Part shown: positions 16,424 to 24,296 of the stretch, in pieces
Position numbering within the stretch: position 1 is the first letter of the stretch
Layout of the letters: every line of letters starts with the position of its first letter
From: a virus
Taxonomy: Duplodnaviria > Caudoviricetes
IMG/VR virus record: IMGVR_UViG_3300020017_000186
Coordinates: 1-24,296 of that record
Length of the DNA stretch: 24,296 nucleotides
Strand: one strand, 5' to 3'
The notes under the pieces: model-generated
What the model saw: only the letters and a program-made list of their open reading frames with translations
What the model was told of the DNA's origin: nothing
The model's database searches: none
Translations under genes and position numbers: made by a program

Positions 16424-17019
16424 GCACACAAATTCTTCCTGTTGGTGAAATCATCCTGACGAATGAACGTGGATTGATTGGGGCTGGGTACGACTACCTG
16501 CTTCGTAGTGGACCTGACGGAACTACGGACAAGGATACCGGGTCATTCGGACTGACTGGGAATGCGGATGATCGTAAGCTCAGGTTCGATCACTGCTTCA
16601 TAATTGTGCCTGAATCCATCCCGTGGTTCCCATCTGCGGATGATCTGTTAAATCTGTTCCGATTCACACTGGTTCGTGACAGTGATGGATTCGTTGTGTC
16701 CGATACACAGAAGAATCTGTTCGGTGATCTGAAGTATGTGTTCCACGATATGGTTCATTATGTTGAAGGTCATTCTGATCTGTACAACATTCCAGCACGG
16801 TTGCAGGACATGCCGGATGGAAGCTACACCCTGACAGTTTCTGTTGACCAGTACAGGGTGATCTGTCCTCCAGCATTCTTCTACCTGGGGGTTCAGGGTG
16901 AGAATTCATGGATGACAAAGGCTCCCAGTGGTCCAGCATTGAAACTTGTTCCATTCGTTGAAGGGACTGTGACGAGGGAGATGTTGAATCCTGCTGCCCC
17001 TCCACCGAAACCTACTTGA
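16420..17019 (+). CDS. Hypothetical protein (199 aa)
   Basis: ATGA overlap; beta-rich; no family recognised. Confidence 0.65.
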   Translation: MSTQILPVGEIILTNERGLIGAGYDYLLRSGPDGTTDKDTGSFGLTGNADDRKLRFDHCFIIVPESIPWFPSADDLLNLFRFTLVRDSDGFVVSDTQKNLFGDLKYVFHDMVHYVEGHSDLYNIPARLQDMPDGSYTLTVSVDQYRVICPPAFFYLGVQGENSWMTKAPSGPALKLVPFVEGTVTREMLNPAAPPPKPT

Positions 17020-17074
17020 CGTAATTATGTGACATTGGGATTATCCACACGTCCTGGGTGTCTCATAGAGAGTT

Positions 17075-17110
17075 GGCTGTCAGAGTCGCTTCTGGCAGCC
17101 TTCTTTGTTT
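17075..17110 (+). terminator. Rho-independent terminator at the convergent junction
   Basis: GGCTGTCAGA-gtcgct-TCTGGCAGCC hairpin followed by TTCTTTGTTT. Confidence 0.7.
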
Positions 17111-19001
17111 ACGCTGAGTAGTTGAGTGCAGTTGAATGATGAAGATCAAGAGACTTCTTCCTCAAGGTATCCTTCCAGTCATTGTTCTGTGGCTTCTGCG
17201 GAGCAGCCAATGCACGAAGCATGAATCCCTTCTGTCTAGCCCCTTCCACCAGTGTAGCCAGCCAGTCGAACAAGTCAGGGGACCGACCCATACGTTCCTT
17301 CGTGTCTATCTTGGATTCGATTTCAATCTTGTTTCCTGAAACCATCTTCCATTCACGAGTCATCCCATCTTCCAGCACTTCCTCAGTCAGTCCACGGAAT
17401 TGACCAGACTCAATCGCGTACCTGACCATGAACCAGAGTTCAGTCACGAACTTACTGAAATGCTCCACACAGGTCTTGGGACGCATCTTTCTTGTGTCAG
17501 GATCAAGAATCATCAACTCAGCAGAAACCTGTCTGGCAGTCGCCCTACCTCCAAATTCGAGTGGATTGACGAATGGAGACCAGATGCGGGCGAATGCTGT
17601 TCCAAGACTGCCCCGCCCTGTGGCGTCGTAGTATACATTTTCAGCAGGAATCTTCTGAGCGATACAGTCCTGTCTCACGAATTCAGCAATCTGATCTTCT
17701 GGGGAAATATCGGTACCAGCTTTCACTGGTATGATGACGTGGGGATTCATGTGGAAGATCATGTCCCCGTTCACGTCCCGTCCGAATCGTCCTGATCCAC
17801 CCACACAACGATCCCCACCTACTTCTCCGTAGGCAGCGTCTACAGCATAGAGGAGGACTTGCTGGTCATTTTTCCACGCTACCTCCTCCATTGCTTTGAA
17901 CTTGATGGCCAGATTGCGGGTGATGACACGACGACCATTAAGGCCAGCTTTGCGAACCCCTTTGCATTGTGACCAGTATTGGAGCGAGTCTTTGCCGTAG
18001 AAGTTTGCAACAGCGTCTATCGAACGCTGATTGATCATCCATGGGTACTTGACTGGTTCATTCTGGGGGAAATCGAAATTCGGACTGTCCGTGCCAACCA
18101 AATTGATTGTTCGACCATTCTCGAAACGATTGTCCCAAGTTGTGGTCTTGGTGACTTCACCTTCAGTTCCCCATCCGTTCTTGGGTTCAGCGATACGATC
18201 AAGCGGGTCCCCGATTCCAAGGGGATTCCCCACGAATACCCCCTTAAATTCATTGCCTTCTTGATCCCCGGAGTTTAGATTTGCCAAAGCATCAAGGAAT
18301 CCAGCCTTCATGATGGAAACTTCATCACCTAATAAACGCCTTCTCTTCTGCTTGATTCCAACGTACTTTCCCAATCCCTGCCAAGAACCCCCTGAAGAAA
18401 ATGCCGGCAGGCAAATAATTCCTCGCCTGAGATCACGGGTTCCATCCTCAATGAGATTGTCTGTAGCGACAGCGTGTTTGCTATCAATCAAATGACCCGG
18501 AATTGATGGGTATCGTTCCTTTGCCTGCTTGAACATTGTCTTCATGTCTCCCCAAACCCTAAGCTCAAGCCCGCGAACATCGGTGCTTGAGATCATTATG
18601 AGCGTGTTCTGAGGGAAGCAGAAGTAGTCAGTCAGAGCGTAACGGGTAAGGGCAACGTGAGTTTTGCCTGAATCCTTCGGCCCCATGATGGCCGTAATTG
18701 TGTTCTTAAGGATTTCCTCCAGTATCAAGTCGCTCCACCTGTGATGCACATCCTTTGGCCATAAAAGTTGTTGCAGTCTTTTGTAGTGGTAGAAATTCCC
18801 CATTCCAATCGTCTGCCCCTGCTTTCCTTTCCAGGTCCCGCCTTTTTGGATCATGTGAATCTCTACGGCGATGGCATCCATGACCACCGGAAATGACAAC
18901 CCATACAAATCCTTCCTCGCTTTGGGATTGCGTTTAGGCCCACTAAACCGTGGAACTGATGGGTCTGGTGGGGGTGTGGGATTATCTGGATTTTCTGGCA
19001 T
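17109..19001 (-). CDS. terL: Terminase large subunit
   Basis: Walker A IMGPKDSGKT, Walker B LLGDE, VGNP coupling motif, RNase H-like nuclease AVDAAYG / YYDATGRG / GRSPDLFD. Confidence 0.9.
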   Translation of the reverse strand: MPENPDNPTPPPDPSVPRFSGPKRNPKARKDLYGLSFPVVMDAIAVEIHMIQKGGTWKGKQGQTIGMGNFYHYKRLQQLLWPKDVHHRWSDLILEEILKNTITAIMGPKDSGKTHVALTRYALTDYFCFPQNTLIMISSTDVRGLELRVWGDMKTMFKQAKERYPSIPGHLIDSKHAVATDNLIEDGTRDLRRGIICLPAFSSGGSWQGLGKYVGIKQKRRRLLGDEVSIMKAGFLDALANLNSGDQEGNEFKGVFVGNPLGIGDPLDRIAEPKNGWGTEGEVTKTTTWDNRFENGRTINLVGTDSPNFDFPQNEPVKYPWMINQRSIDAVANFYGKDSLQYWSQCKGVRKAGLNGRRVITRNLAIKFKAMEEVAWKNDQQVLLYAVDAAYGEVGGDRCVGGSGRFGRDVNGDMIFHMNPHVIIPVKAGTDISPEDQIAEFVRQDCIAQKIPAENVYYDATGRGSLGTAFARIWSPFVNPLEFGGRATARQVSAELMILDPDTRKMRPKTCVEHFSKFVTELWFMVRYAIESGQFRGLTEEVLEDGMTREWKMVSGNKIEIESKIDTKERMGRSPDLFDWLATLVEGARQKGFMLRALAAPQKPQNNDWKDTLRKKSLDLHHSTALNYSA

Positions 19002-19021
19002 GATCAGTTTAATGTGGACGG

Positions 19022-19035
19022 AACGTTAACGTTAA
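19022..19035. promoter_or_regulatory. Palindromic operator-like site in the terL/tail divergent gap
   Basis: AACGTTAACGTT palindrome; ACGTTAACGTTAA is identical to 8705-8717. Confidence 0.55.
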
Positions 19036-19050
19036 TGCTGAACTGATTGT

Positions 19051-20823
19051 ATGGCCAACGCCCCTAACGGAACCCGGATTACAGACGGGTCCACTACGTT
19101 CGAGGGCGGGATTGACAGTGGACGCATCCCAACGATTGCCAGCCAGTCTAATCCACACGGGCTTGCTCGCAACGAATTATCGTGGGCAACCAACGCAACC
19201 ATGCGTGGTAGGGGAATATCCCCAAGGGCTGGCTGGAAGCGATTGACCAAGATCGTCTCCGCTCCTGGACTATTCCAGGGTGGACAGGTGTACGAGCCAG
19301 ACTTCGCCTTTCCGTATCTGATGGTGGACATCTCAGGTCGAACTTACCAGATCAGGGTCGATACTGACAACAGCGTTGTAGATGTCACGTCTGTCCCGAT
19401 GCCAGCCACAGAGGTTCAGCACTGGATCAGGCAGGGGGAACAGTTCCTGATCACACAGGATGGGGTATCTGAACCCAGAGTCTGGGATGGTGTTCAGCAA
19501 CGATTGATCAGCGCAATGGGTGGGGCAAACGCTCTTTACCTGCCAATAGGTCAGGCGATGGATTATTTCATGGGCAGGATGTGGGTCGCCTTCGGACGTG
19601 AGTACATGGCCGGTGACATAGTGCGTGGTCCATCTGGAAGCGCAGTTTATGAGTTCAGGGATTCAATCCTGCATTCCTCTGAGAATACGTACTTGGCAGG
19701 TGGTGGGAACTTCATCGTCCCAACGAATGCCGGGAACATTCGCTCCCTTGATCATACAGCCAACCTGGACACACAGCTTGGAGAAGGTCAGTTGTACATC
19801 TCCACACGCAGGGCGATTTACACACTGAACGTTCCCCCAACCAGAGCAGTGTGGAATGCTCTCACCGAACCACTACAGCGTATTGCGCAAAGGCAATTCG
19901 GAGTAACATCAGATCGTTCTGTTGCTCCTGCCAATGGAGATTTGTTTTACCAGTCGATTGATGGGATTCGTTCTCTCTTAATTGCTGTTCGTGACTTCCA
20001 ACAGTGGGGACAGTCTGCGATTAGTCGTGAACTGAATCGTGTCCTTCAATTCAATGATCGTTCACTCTCAAGGTTCGGAACAGGGATAAACTTCAACAAC
20101 AGGATGCTTCAATCTGTTCTCCCAAAGCAGACGGATTCTGGGGTGATTCATCAGGGGATCGTTGCGTTGGACTTCGACCTGATCAGCAACTTGGGATCAA
20201 AGCTGTCTCCTGTCTGGGAGGGGATGTCTGAGGGGTTGCAGATTCTTCAGATGTGGTCTGCTGACTTTGGTGGACTGGAACGAGCTTTCGCAGCCATCGT
20301 TTCTCAAAACCCACTGACTCTTGGGGATATTGAACTGTGGGAATTGACCCAACAGGATTCATTCGATGAAGATGACAGGCGCATTCAGTGGTACATCGAA
20401 ACCCCTGCCTACACATGGGGCACGCAGTTCAGTCTGAAGAAGCTGGACTCTGCTGAAATATGGATTGATCGGTTGATTGGTAAGGTTGAATTCAAGGTTC
20501 AGTTCAGGGTGGATCAAGACCCATGCTGGTACGACTGGTTTGAGTGGGAGGAATGCAATGCTCGCAATTCATGCGAGCTAGCCAGTGATCCTGTTTGCTA
20601 TCCCGAAGACACGTTCTGTCCTGGGTATCGGGCAACGATGACTCTTCCCAATCCCCCCGTTCATGCAGGACATGGGAACAATCGACCCATCAACATTGGC
20701 TACCAGTTCCAAATGCGTATCTTTATTAAGGGATACTGTCGAATCAGGGGAATACTGGTTCACGCATTGCCACGGGATAAGGCCCCGTTTGAGGGGATCG
20801 TTACGGAGACAATGGTTCCATGA
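19051..20823 (+). CDS. Tail tubular/nozzle protein (P22 gp10 / T7 gp12-like beta-propeller)
   Basis: 590 aa; N-terminal FEGGIDS...NATMRG pattern, YFMGRMWVA, GDLFYQSIDGIRSL and C-terminal YQFQMRIFIKGYCRI. Confidence 0.7.
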   Translation: MANAPNGTRITDGSTTFEGGIDSGRIPTIASQSNPHGLARNELSWATNATMRGRGISPRAGWKRLTKIVSAPGLFQGGQVYEPDFAFPYLMVDISGRTYQIRVDTDNSVVDVTSVPMPATEVQHWIRQGEQFLITQDGVSEPRVWDGVQQRLISAMGGANALYLPIGQAMDYFMGRMWVAFGREYMAGDIVRGPSGSAVYEFRDSILHSSENTYLAGGGNFIVPTNAGNIRSLDHTANLDTQLGEGQLYISTRRAIYTLNVPPTRAVWNALTEPLQRIAQRQFGVTSDRSVAPANGDLFYQSIDGIRSLLIAVRDFQQWGQSAISRELNRVLQFNDRSLSRFGTGINFNNRMLQSVLPKQTDSGVIHQGIVALDFDLISNLGSKLSPVWEGMSEGLQILQMWSADFGGLERAFAAIVSQNPLTLGDIELWELTQQDSFDEDDRRIQWYIETPAYTWGTQFSLKKLDSAEIWIDRLIGKVEFKVQFRVDQDPCWYDWFEWEECNARNSCELASDPVCYPEDTFCPGYRATMTLPNPPVHAGHGNNRPINIGYQFQMRIFIKGYCRIRGILVHALPRDKAPFEGIVTETMVP

Positions 20824-21203
20824 CAATCAGGCCCTGCAACGAATTCATTGACTGCGAGTGTTCGGATAATCCGTTCATCAACACATCTGCTGAACGACCT
20901 GATCCCAACCTGTTCTTTGCTCGGGCGTACTACGCAAACAATCCTGCACTGAATGTAGATGATTCGTGGTACGAACGATTGTCCTGTTTGGGAACATGCT
21001 TCTCTGAACAATCGCAGATTGATGCGGATGATTGTGCTGAACGCAATGCCCAACTCTGCACATGGATTACGGTTCAGCCACCACTGACTGTTTTATCAGA
21101 TGATGCCAGCACATCCCCACGAACAAACATCTTAAGGGCAGCAATGTCTTCAGGCGTACTGGCCTTTTCACCCAGGGCACGATTGAAATTCTCAACACCG
21201 TAG
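20820..21203 (+). CDS. Cys-rich virion-associated protein, possibly truncated near 21070
   Basis: ATGA overlap; Cys-rich to about aa 80, then runs antisense to the 21074-23044 gene. Confidence 0.5.
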   Translation: MTIRPCNEFIDCECSDNPFINTSAERPDPNLFFARAYYANNPALNVDDSWYERLSCLGTCFSEQSQIDADDCAERNAQLCTWITVQPPLTVLSDDASTSPRTNILRAAMSSGVLAFSPRARLKFSTP

Positions 21204-23044
21204 CTAGCGATTTGATCAGGTGGAATGCTTTCGTACGCAGCAGCAATCTCCTGTACTGGCTTGTTAAGTAACTCAGTCAGTGGAACTTGCGCTTTGGTTC
21301 CTTCTCCCGGTTGTACAGGCTGTTCGCTTCGTGGGCTAGTTTCTCTGACTCTTTCTTGGATGGGCACTTGCCCTTGGCCTTCTCCGGGTTGTTCGCGCAC
21401 AGGTTGAAGAACCTGCGCTGTTTCTCGCTGTAGGGCATTTGCTCCTTTCATTTGCAAGGACTGCATGTAGACCTTGCGTAAAATTGGTTTCACTTCCTCA
21501 CCGTAAAGCTTGGACATCTCAGCAGACCATGCTGGGTAGTCCCTGATTCCTCGCTCGATTACGGCAGCCCCTTTGATTGACAGGGCTGCAATGTCCTTTA
21601 CCAACACGTCAACTGGGTTGGCAGACACACGGTAACGTGGGTCAGTGGACAGGAAATCATCAGCCCACTTCTCCAGCTTCGATCCAGCAATGATTCCCGG
21701 TCTTTCCCCAGGAATCTGATTCTCAAGGATTGCTCGCTTTAGGCTGTCTTCGATCAGGCCAAGCTGATTATCGGTCAAAGGTTTGTCAGGATGAACGATT
21801 GCCTCGTGCTGTTGAGAGACTGTTTCAGCCCGAGCCTTCTCGAAGTCAGTACGCCTGCGAATGGATTGACCCAGTTCTTCCACTGCTGCCAGTGCTGGAC
21901 CGCGTTCTACTGGTTGTTTGAGCAGTTCACTGACGGGCACTTCAGCAAGCTTCCCTGGAGGCAATTGTTCCAGCAGTGCAGGAGTAGCCTTTATTTCGCC
22001 CCTGGATGGCTGTGGCTGCGTCTCAGGCTCTACCATGCTCAATCCAGAGGGTTCGCGCCTTGGAAGCGGTGGGAAGCCTTCAGGCGCTGGGATGGTGGCT
22101 TCCTGTGTTACCTGCGGAACTGGCTCTATGGGGGCAGCGGGCCTGATGGTTGGTTCGATGGGTGGAGGTGCCGGGGCTGGTGTTCTGGCACCCTTGCGTA
22201 GTAATGCCCTGGCTGCCGCACCGGCTCCCCCTAAAACGACTGGGAATGCAGACCCAAACAAGGCCCCCTGCATTACCCCTTCAAAGATTGGGGTTTTTAG
22301 TCCTGCCTGTTGTTCAGCGATATTCCCAGCAGCCGTACCCCCACCAAAGATCGCCCCACCTGCACCTGCTGACTTGAGCACTTGGGCAGCAGACCCACCA
22401 CCCACAGGAACAGCGACTCCCTCAACTGCCCCAATCCCAGCCCCAGCAATCGCTACTTTACGAGCAATCTTGACTGCTTCGTCAGGAGTCTTGCCTTCAG
22501 CCATCGCTCGCAGTCCTGCCTTGAGGAATGAATCCCCTGCTGATTGCAGTCCAAACTGCGCAGCCAGTGCTGGCTTTCCACCACCCGCCATTTGACCAAC
22601 AACAGAAGTGATTCCTGCACCCAACAAATTGCCAGCAACATCAGCAGCCTTTTCTGTAAACGTGGGTTCACCTTCGGAAGCCTGTAGCTTCTTCTGTTCT
22701 GACATGAGCAGGTACTTGAGCTTGTCATCTGATTGAGTCAGGGCGTACCCACCCATGGCAGCAGAACCAACGAAACCTTTTGTCACCCCTTCCCTGAAGT
22801 GCTGGAATGCTCCTTTAGGAAGTGTTTTGCGAACCTGTGTTTCCCTTTCCTTTTCCATCTCATAGATGGATGGGTAGTAATGTCCCTCGTACGTAATACC
22901 CTTACGTTCCTCGGGGGGAAAGTATTTACCAGAAAGTGTTGTGCCCTCATCCCGATCAACCAAATCATCGTACAGCCCATTTGTTTCGGAAGACTGTTTA
23001 GGTTCTTCCGCCTCCACCAAATCATCGAACAATCCCGTAGGCAT
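21074..23044 (-). CDS. Internal virion / DNA ejection protein (656 aa, possibly truncated)
   Basis: GLFDDL/GLYDDL N-terminal repeat, Gly/Ala-rich glycine-zipper helices, Pro/Glu-rich linker and GAAVIERGIRDYPAWSAEMSKLYGEEVKPIL segment. Confidence 0.65.
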   Translation of the reverse strand: MPTGLFDDLVEAEEPKQSSETNGLYDDLVDRDEGTTLSGKYFPPEERKGITYEGHYYPSIYEMEKERETQVRKTLPKGAFQHFREGVTKGFVGSAAMGGYALTQSDDKLKYLLMSEQKKLQASEGEPTFTEKAADVAGNLLGAGITSVVGQMAGGGKPALAAQFGLQSAGDSFLKAGLRAMAEGKTPDEAVKIARKVAIAGAGIGAVEGVAVPVGGGSAAQVLKSAGAGGAIFGGGTAAGNIAEQQAGLKTPIFEGVMQGALFGSAFPVVLGGAGAAARALLRKGARTPAPAPPPIEPTIRPAAPIEPVPQVTQEATIPAPEGFPPLPRREPSGLSMVEPETQPQPSRGEIKATPALLEQLPPGKLAEVPVSELLKQPVERGPALAAVEELGQSIRRRTDFEKARAETVSQQHEAIVHPDKPLTDNQLGLIEDSLKRAILENQIPGERPGIIAGSKLEKWADDFLSTDPRYRVSANPVDVLVKDIAALSIKGAAVIERGIRDYPAWSAEMSKLYGEEVKPILRKVYMQSLQMKGANALQRETAQVLQPVREQPGEGQGQVPIQERVRETSPRSEQPVQPGEGTKAQVPLTELLNKPVQEIAAAYESIPPDQIASYGVENFNRALGEKASTPEDIAALKMFVRGDVLASSDKTVSGG

Positions 23045-23973
23045 TACAGGTCCTCTCCGTACGTCTGCTTGAATCGGGCGCGTACTTGATCAGCGATTCT
23101 GGGCCTGCTCTTGATCAAGTCCTGTGCCTCCTTGCGTGCTTCTGATTTGTCAGGTGTTGCAGATTTTGCAACAGTTGGAGCAGGCTTGGACTTGCTGGGA
23201 GACAGTTCAGAAATCGCTTCCATCACAATGTCATGTTGGGCTTTGATGGACTTCATTGACTCCGGGTCCCCAATTGCATTGTCCATCTGCTTGTTCAGTT
23301 CGGTTAGCTGAGTGCGTAACACCTGCAACTTTTGTGAGGGAGAGAGGGTTGTTTGTGTCGCTCGTTCCTGCGGAAGAACATGGACAGCCCCACTCTTACC
23401 ACGAATCGCAAATCGTGGTGCCCCCTCAGTTCCAGTGATCTGTTCTGCCTTGATTGGCCCTGAATCTATTGCGGCTTGTGCTGGTGGGAACTTGAATTGA
23501 CGGGGGGAAACCTGAATCAATCGTTGTCCACCAACTGTGGTTTCAGTAGGGGTGAATGGCTGGGATTGAGCGTATGATCTTGCGATACCAGCAACGGTTG
23601 CTGGGTTCTTGAAGTACATCTTGGGCGCCCATTTCATCAGTGCTTCCTGCACGGGAATCCCGCGCTTCCTGTCTGCATCGAAACCCAGCACTCCCTCCAA
23701 CTGCATTGCTCGCTCAATCCCACGAGCAGCTTGAACTGAAGTCGCTTGCTGCTGGGCATTGATCTGAGCCTGCAATTCATCTCGTTCCCTGCGTCTCTGC
23801 GCTTCCTCATCAGCCTGCGCAATCCACCACGGCAATGGTTGTGGGGCTGCCTGAGAGCGTTGAAGCTGATCATTGACCTTGATGAATCCCTCTGGAATTG
23901 AAGAGTCAGCACCCGGTCCACGAATGATCAGGGAATTGGGATTGTAAACTGTGTCTCCAGCTTCAGTAGCCAT
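23044..23973 (-). CDS. Internal virion / ejection-type protein
   Basis: Gln/Ala-rich helical protein ending ARFKQTYGEDL; stop overlaps the next ATG; ATG at 23973. Confidence 0.6.
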   Translation of the reverse strand: MATEAGDTVYNPNSLIIRGPGADSSIPEGFIKVNDQLQRSQAAPQPLPWWIAQADEEAQRRRERDELQAQINAQQQATSVQAARGIERAMQLEGVLGFDADRKRGIPVQEALMKWAPKMYFKNPATVAGIARSYAQSQPFTPTETTVGGQRLIQVSPRQFKFPPAQAAIDSGPIKAEQITGTEGAPRFAIRGKSGAVHVLPQERATQTTLSPSQKLQVLRTQLTELNKQMDNAIGDPESMKSIKAQHDIVMEAISELSPSKSKPAPTVAKSATPDKSEARKEAQDLIKSRPRIADQVRARFKQTYGEDL

Positions 23974-24296
23974 AATAATCAATCACATCGTCGTAGTTCG
24001 TGAATCCACCATACCCATCATCGTAAGGGGCACCAGTGACAACACTTGGGTTGCTTGCGTAATCGTATCCGTAATCATACAACGCTCCACCTGTTGGGCC
24101 TGTCCCAAGGGCAATTGTTGGGGCACCGAATGAACCACCGGGTTCGTCTGCAAAGCTTGACCCAGTTGATCCACCCGTGAATCCCCCACGGCTTCCACCC
24201 CTGCTACCACCACTTCCCCCACCCAGCCCAAGGGATGCCCGGTAGTTTGCTCCTGATTCACCCAATGCAGCCAGATTGGCTTGCTGTCCCAATCTT
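23963..24296 (-). CDS. C-terminal part of a Gly-rich ejection-type protein (5' end outside the window)
   Basis: Open frame to TGA at 23963-23965; QQANLAALGESGAN followed by Gly/Ser- and Tyr/Asp-rich tail. Confidence 0.55.
   Translation of the reverse strand, partial: RLGQQANLAALGESGANYRASLGLGGGSGGSRGGSRGGFTGGSTGSSFADEPGGSFGAPTIALGTGPTGGALYDYGYDYASNPSVVTGAPYDDGYGGFTNYDDVIDYYGY

Noticed and set aside
17041-17049. Perfect DnaA box TTATCCACA
   Set aside because: Single copy with no box cluster or unwinding element; not enough to call an origin.
21225-23500. Several + strand ORFs opposite the ejection genes (e.g. 21918-22595)
   Set aside because: Antisense shadows of low-complexity Gly/Ala/Pro-rich coding sequence.
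107-24296. Genome-wide TGA reassignment
   Set aside because: Many genes end in TGA with ATGA overlaps and long ORFs are intact in code 11; only 13767 looks anomalous.

Overview
This window is part of a tailed dsDNA phage genome with a podovirus-like virion module. On the + strand lie two SAM-dependent methyltransferases, two glycosyltransferase-like genes, portal, scaffold, major capsid protein (MCP), two paralogous Cys-rich repeat proteins, tail fibre and tailspike genes, a probable holin and a tail tubular protein. The terminase large subunit and ejection-type proteins are on the - strand. The standout element is a ~2 kb - strand cassette (about 6678-8683) inserted between scaffold and MCP. 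It holds a stand-alone RAMP/Cas7-like gene, two accessory genes, a c4-like cloverleaf RNA and three non-coding arrays of strict 5-nt period (CAC/CAA + variable NN). Read as NN-x-NN-x, one array matches codon positions 1-2 of a segment of this phage's own MCP gene (22/26 nt), with only synonymous or conservative differences. A second array matches the C-terminal motif of the RAMP gene itself. This suggests an RNA-guided, gapped-code inter-phage interference system (VIPR-like, with a CAC/CAA rather than GGY scaffold) with self-escape by recoding. All protein calls come from motif recognition and gene order; no database searches were run.
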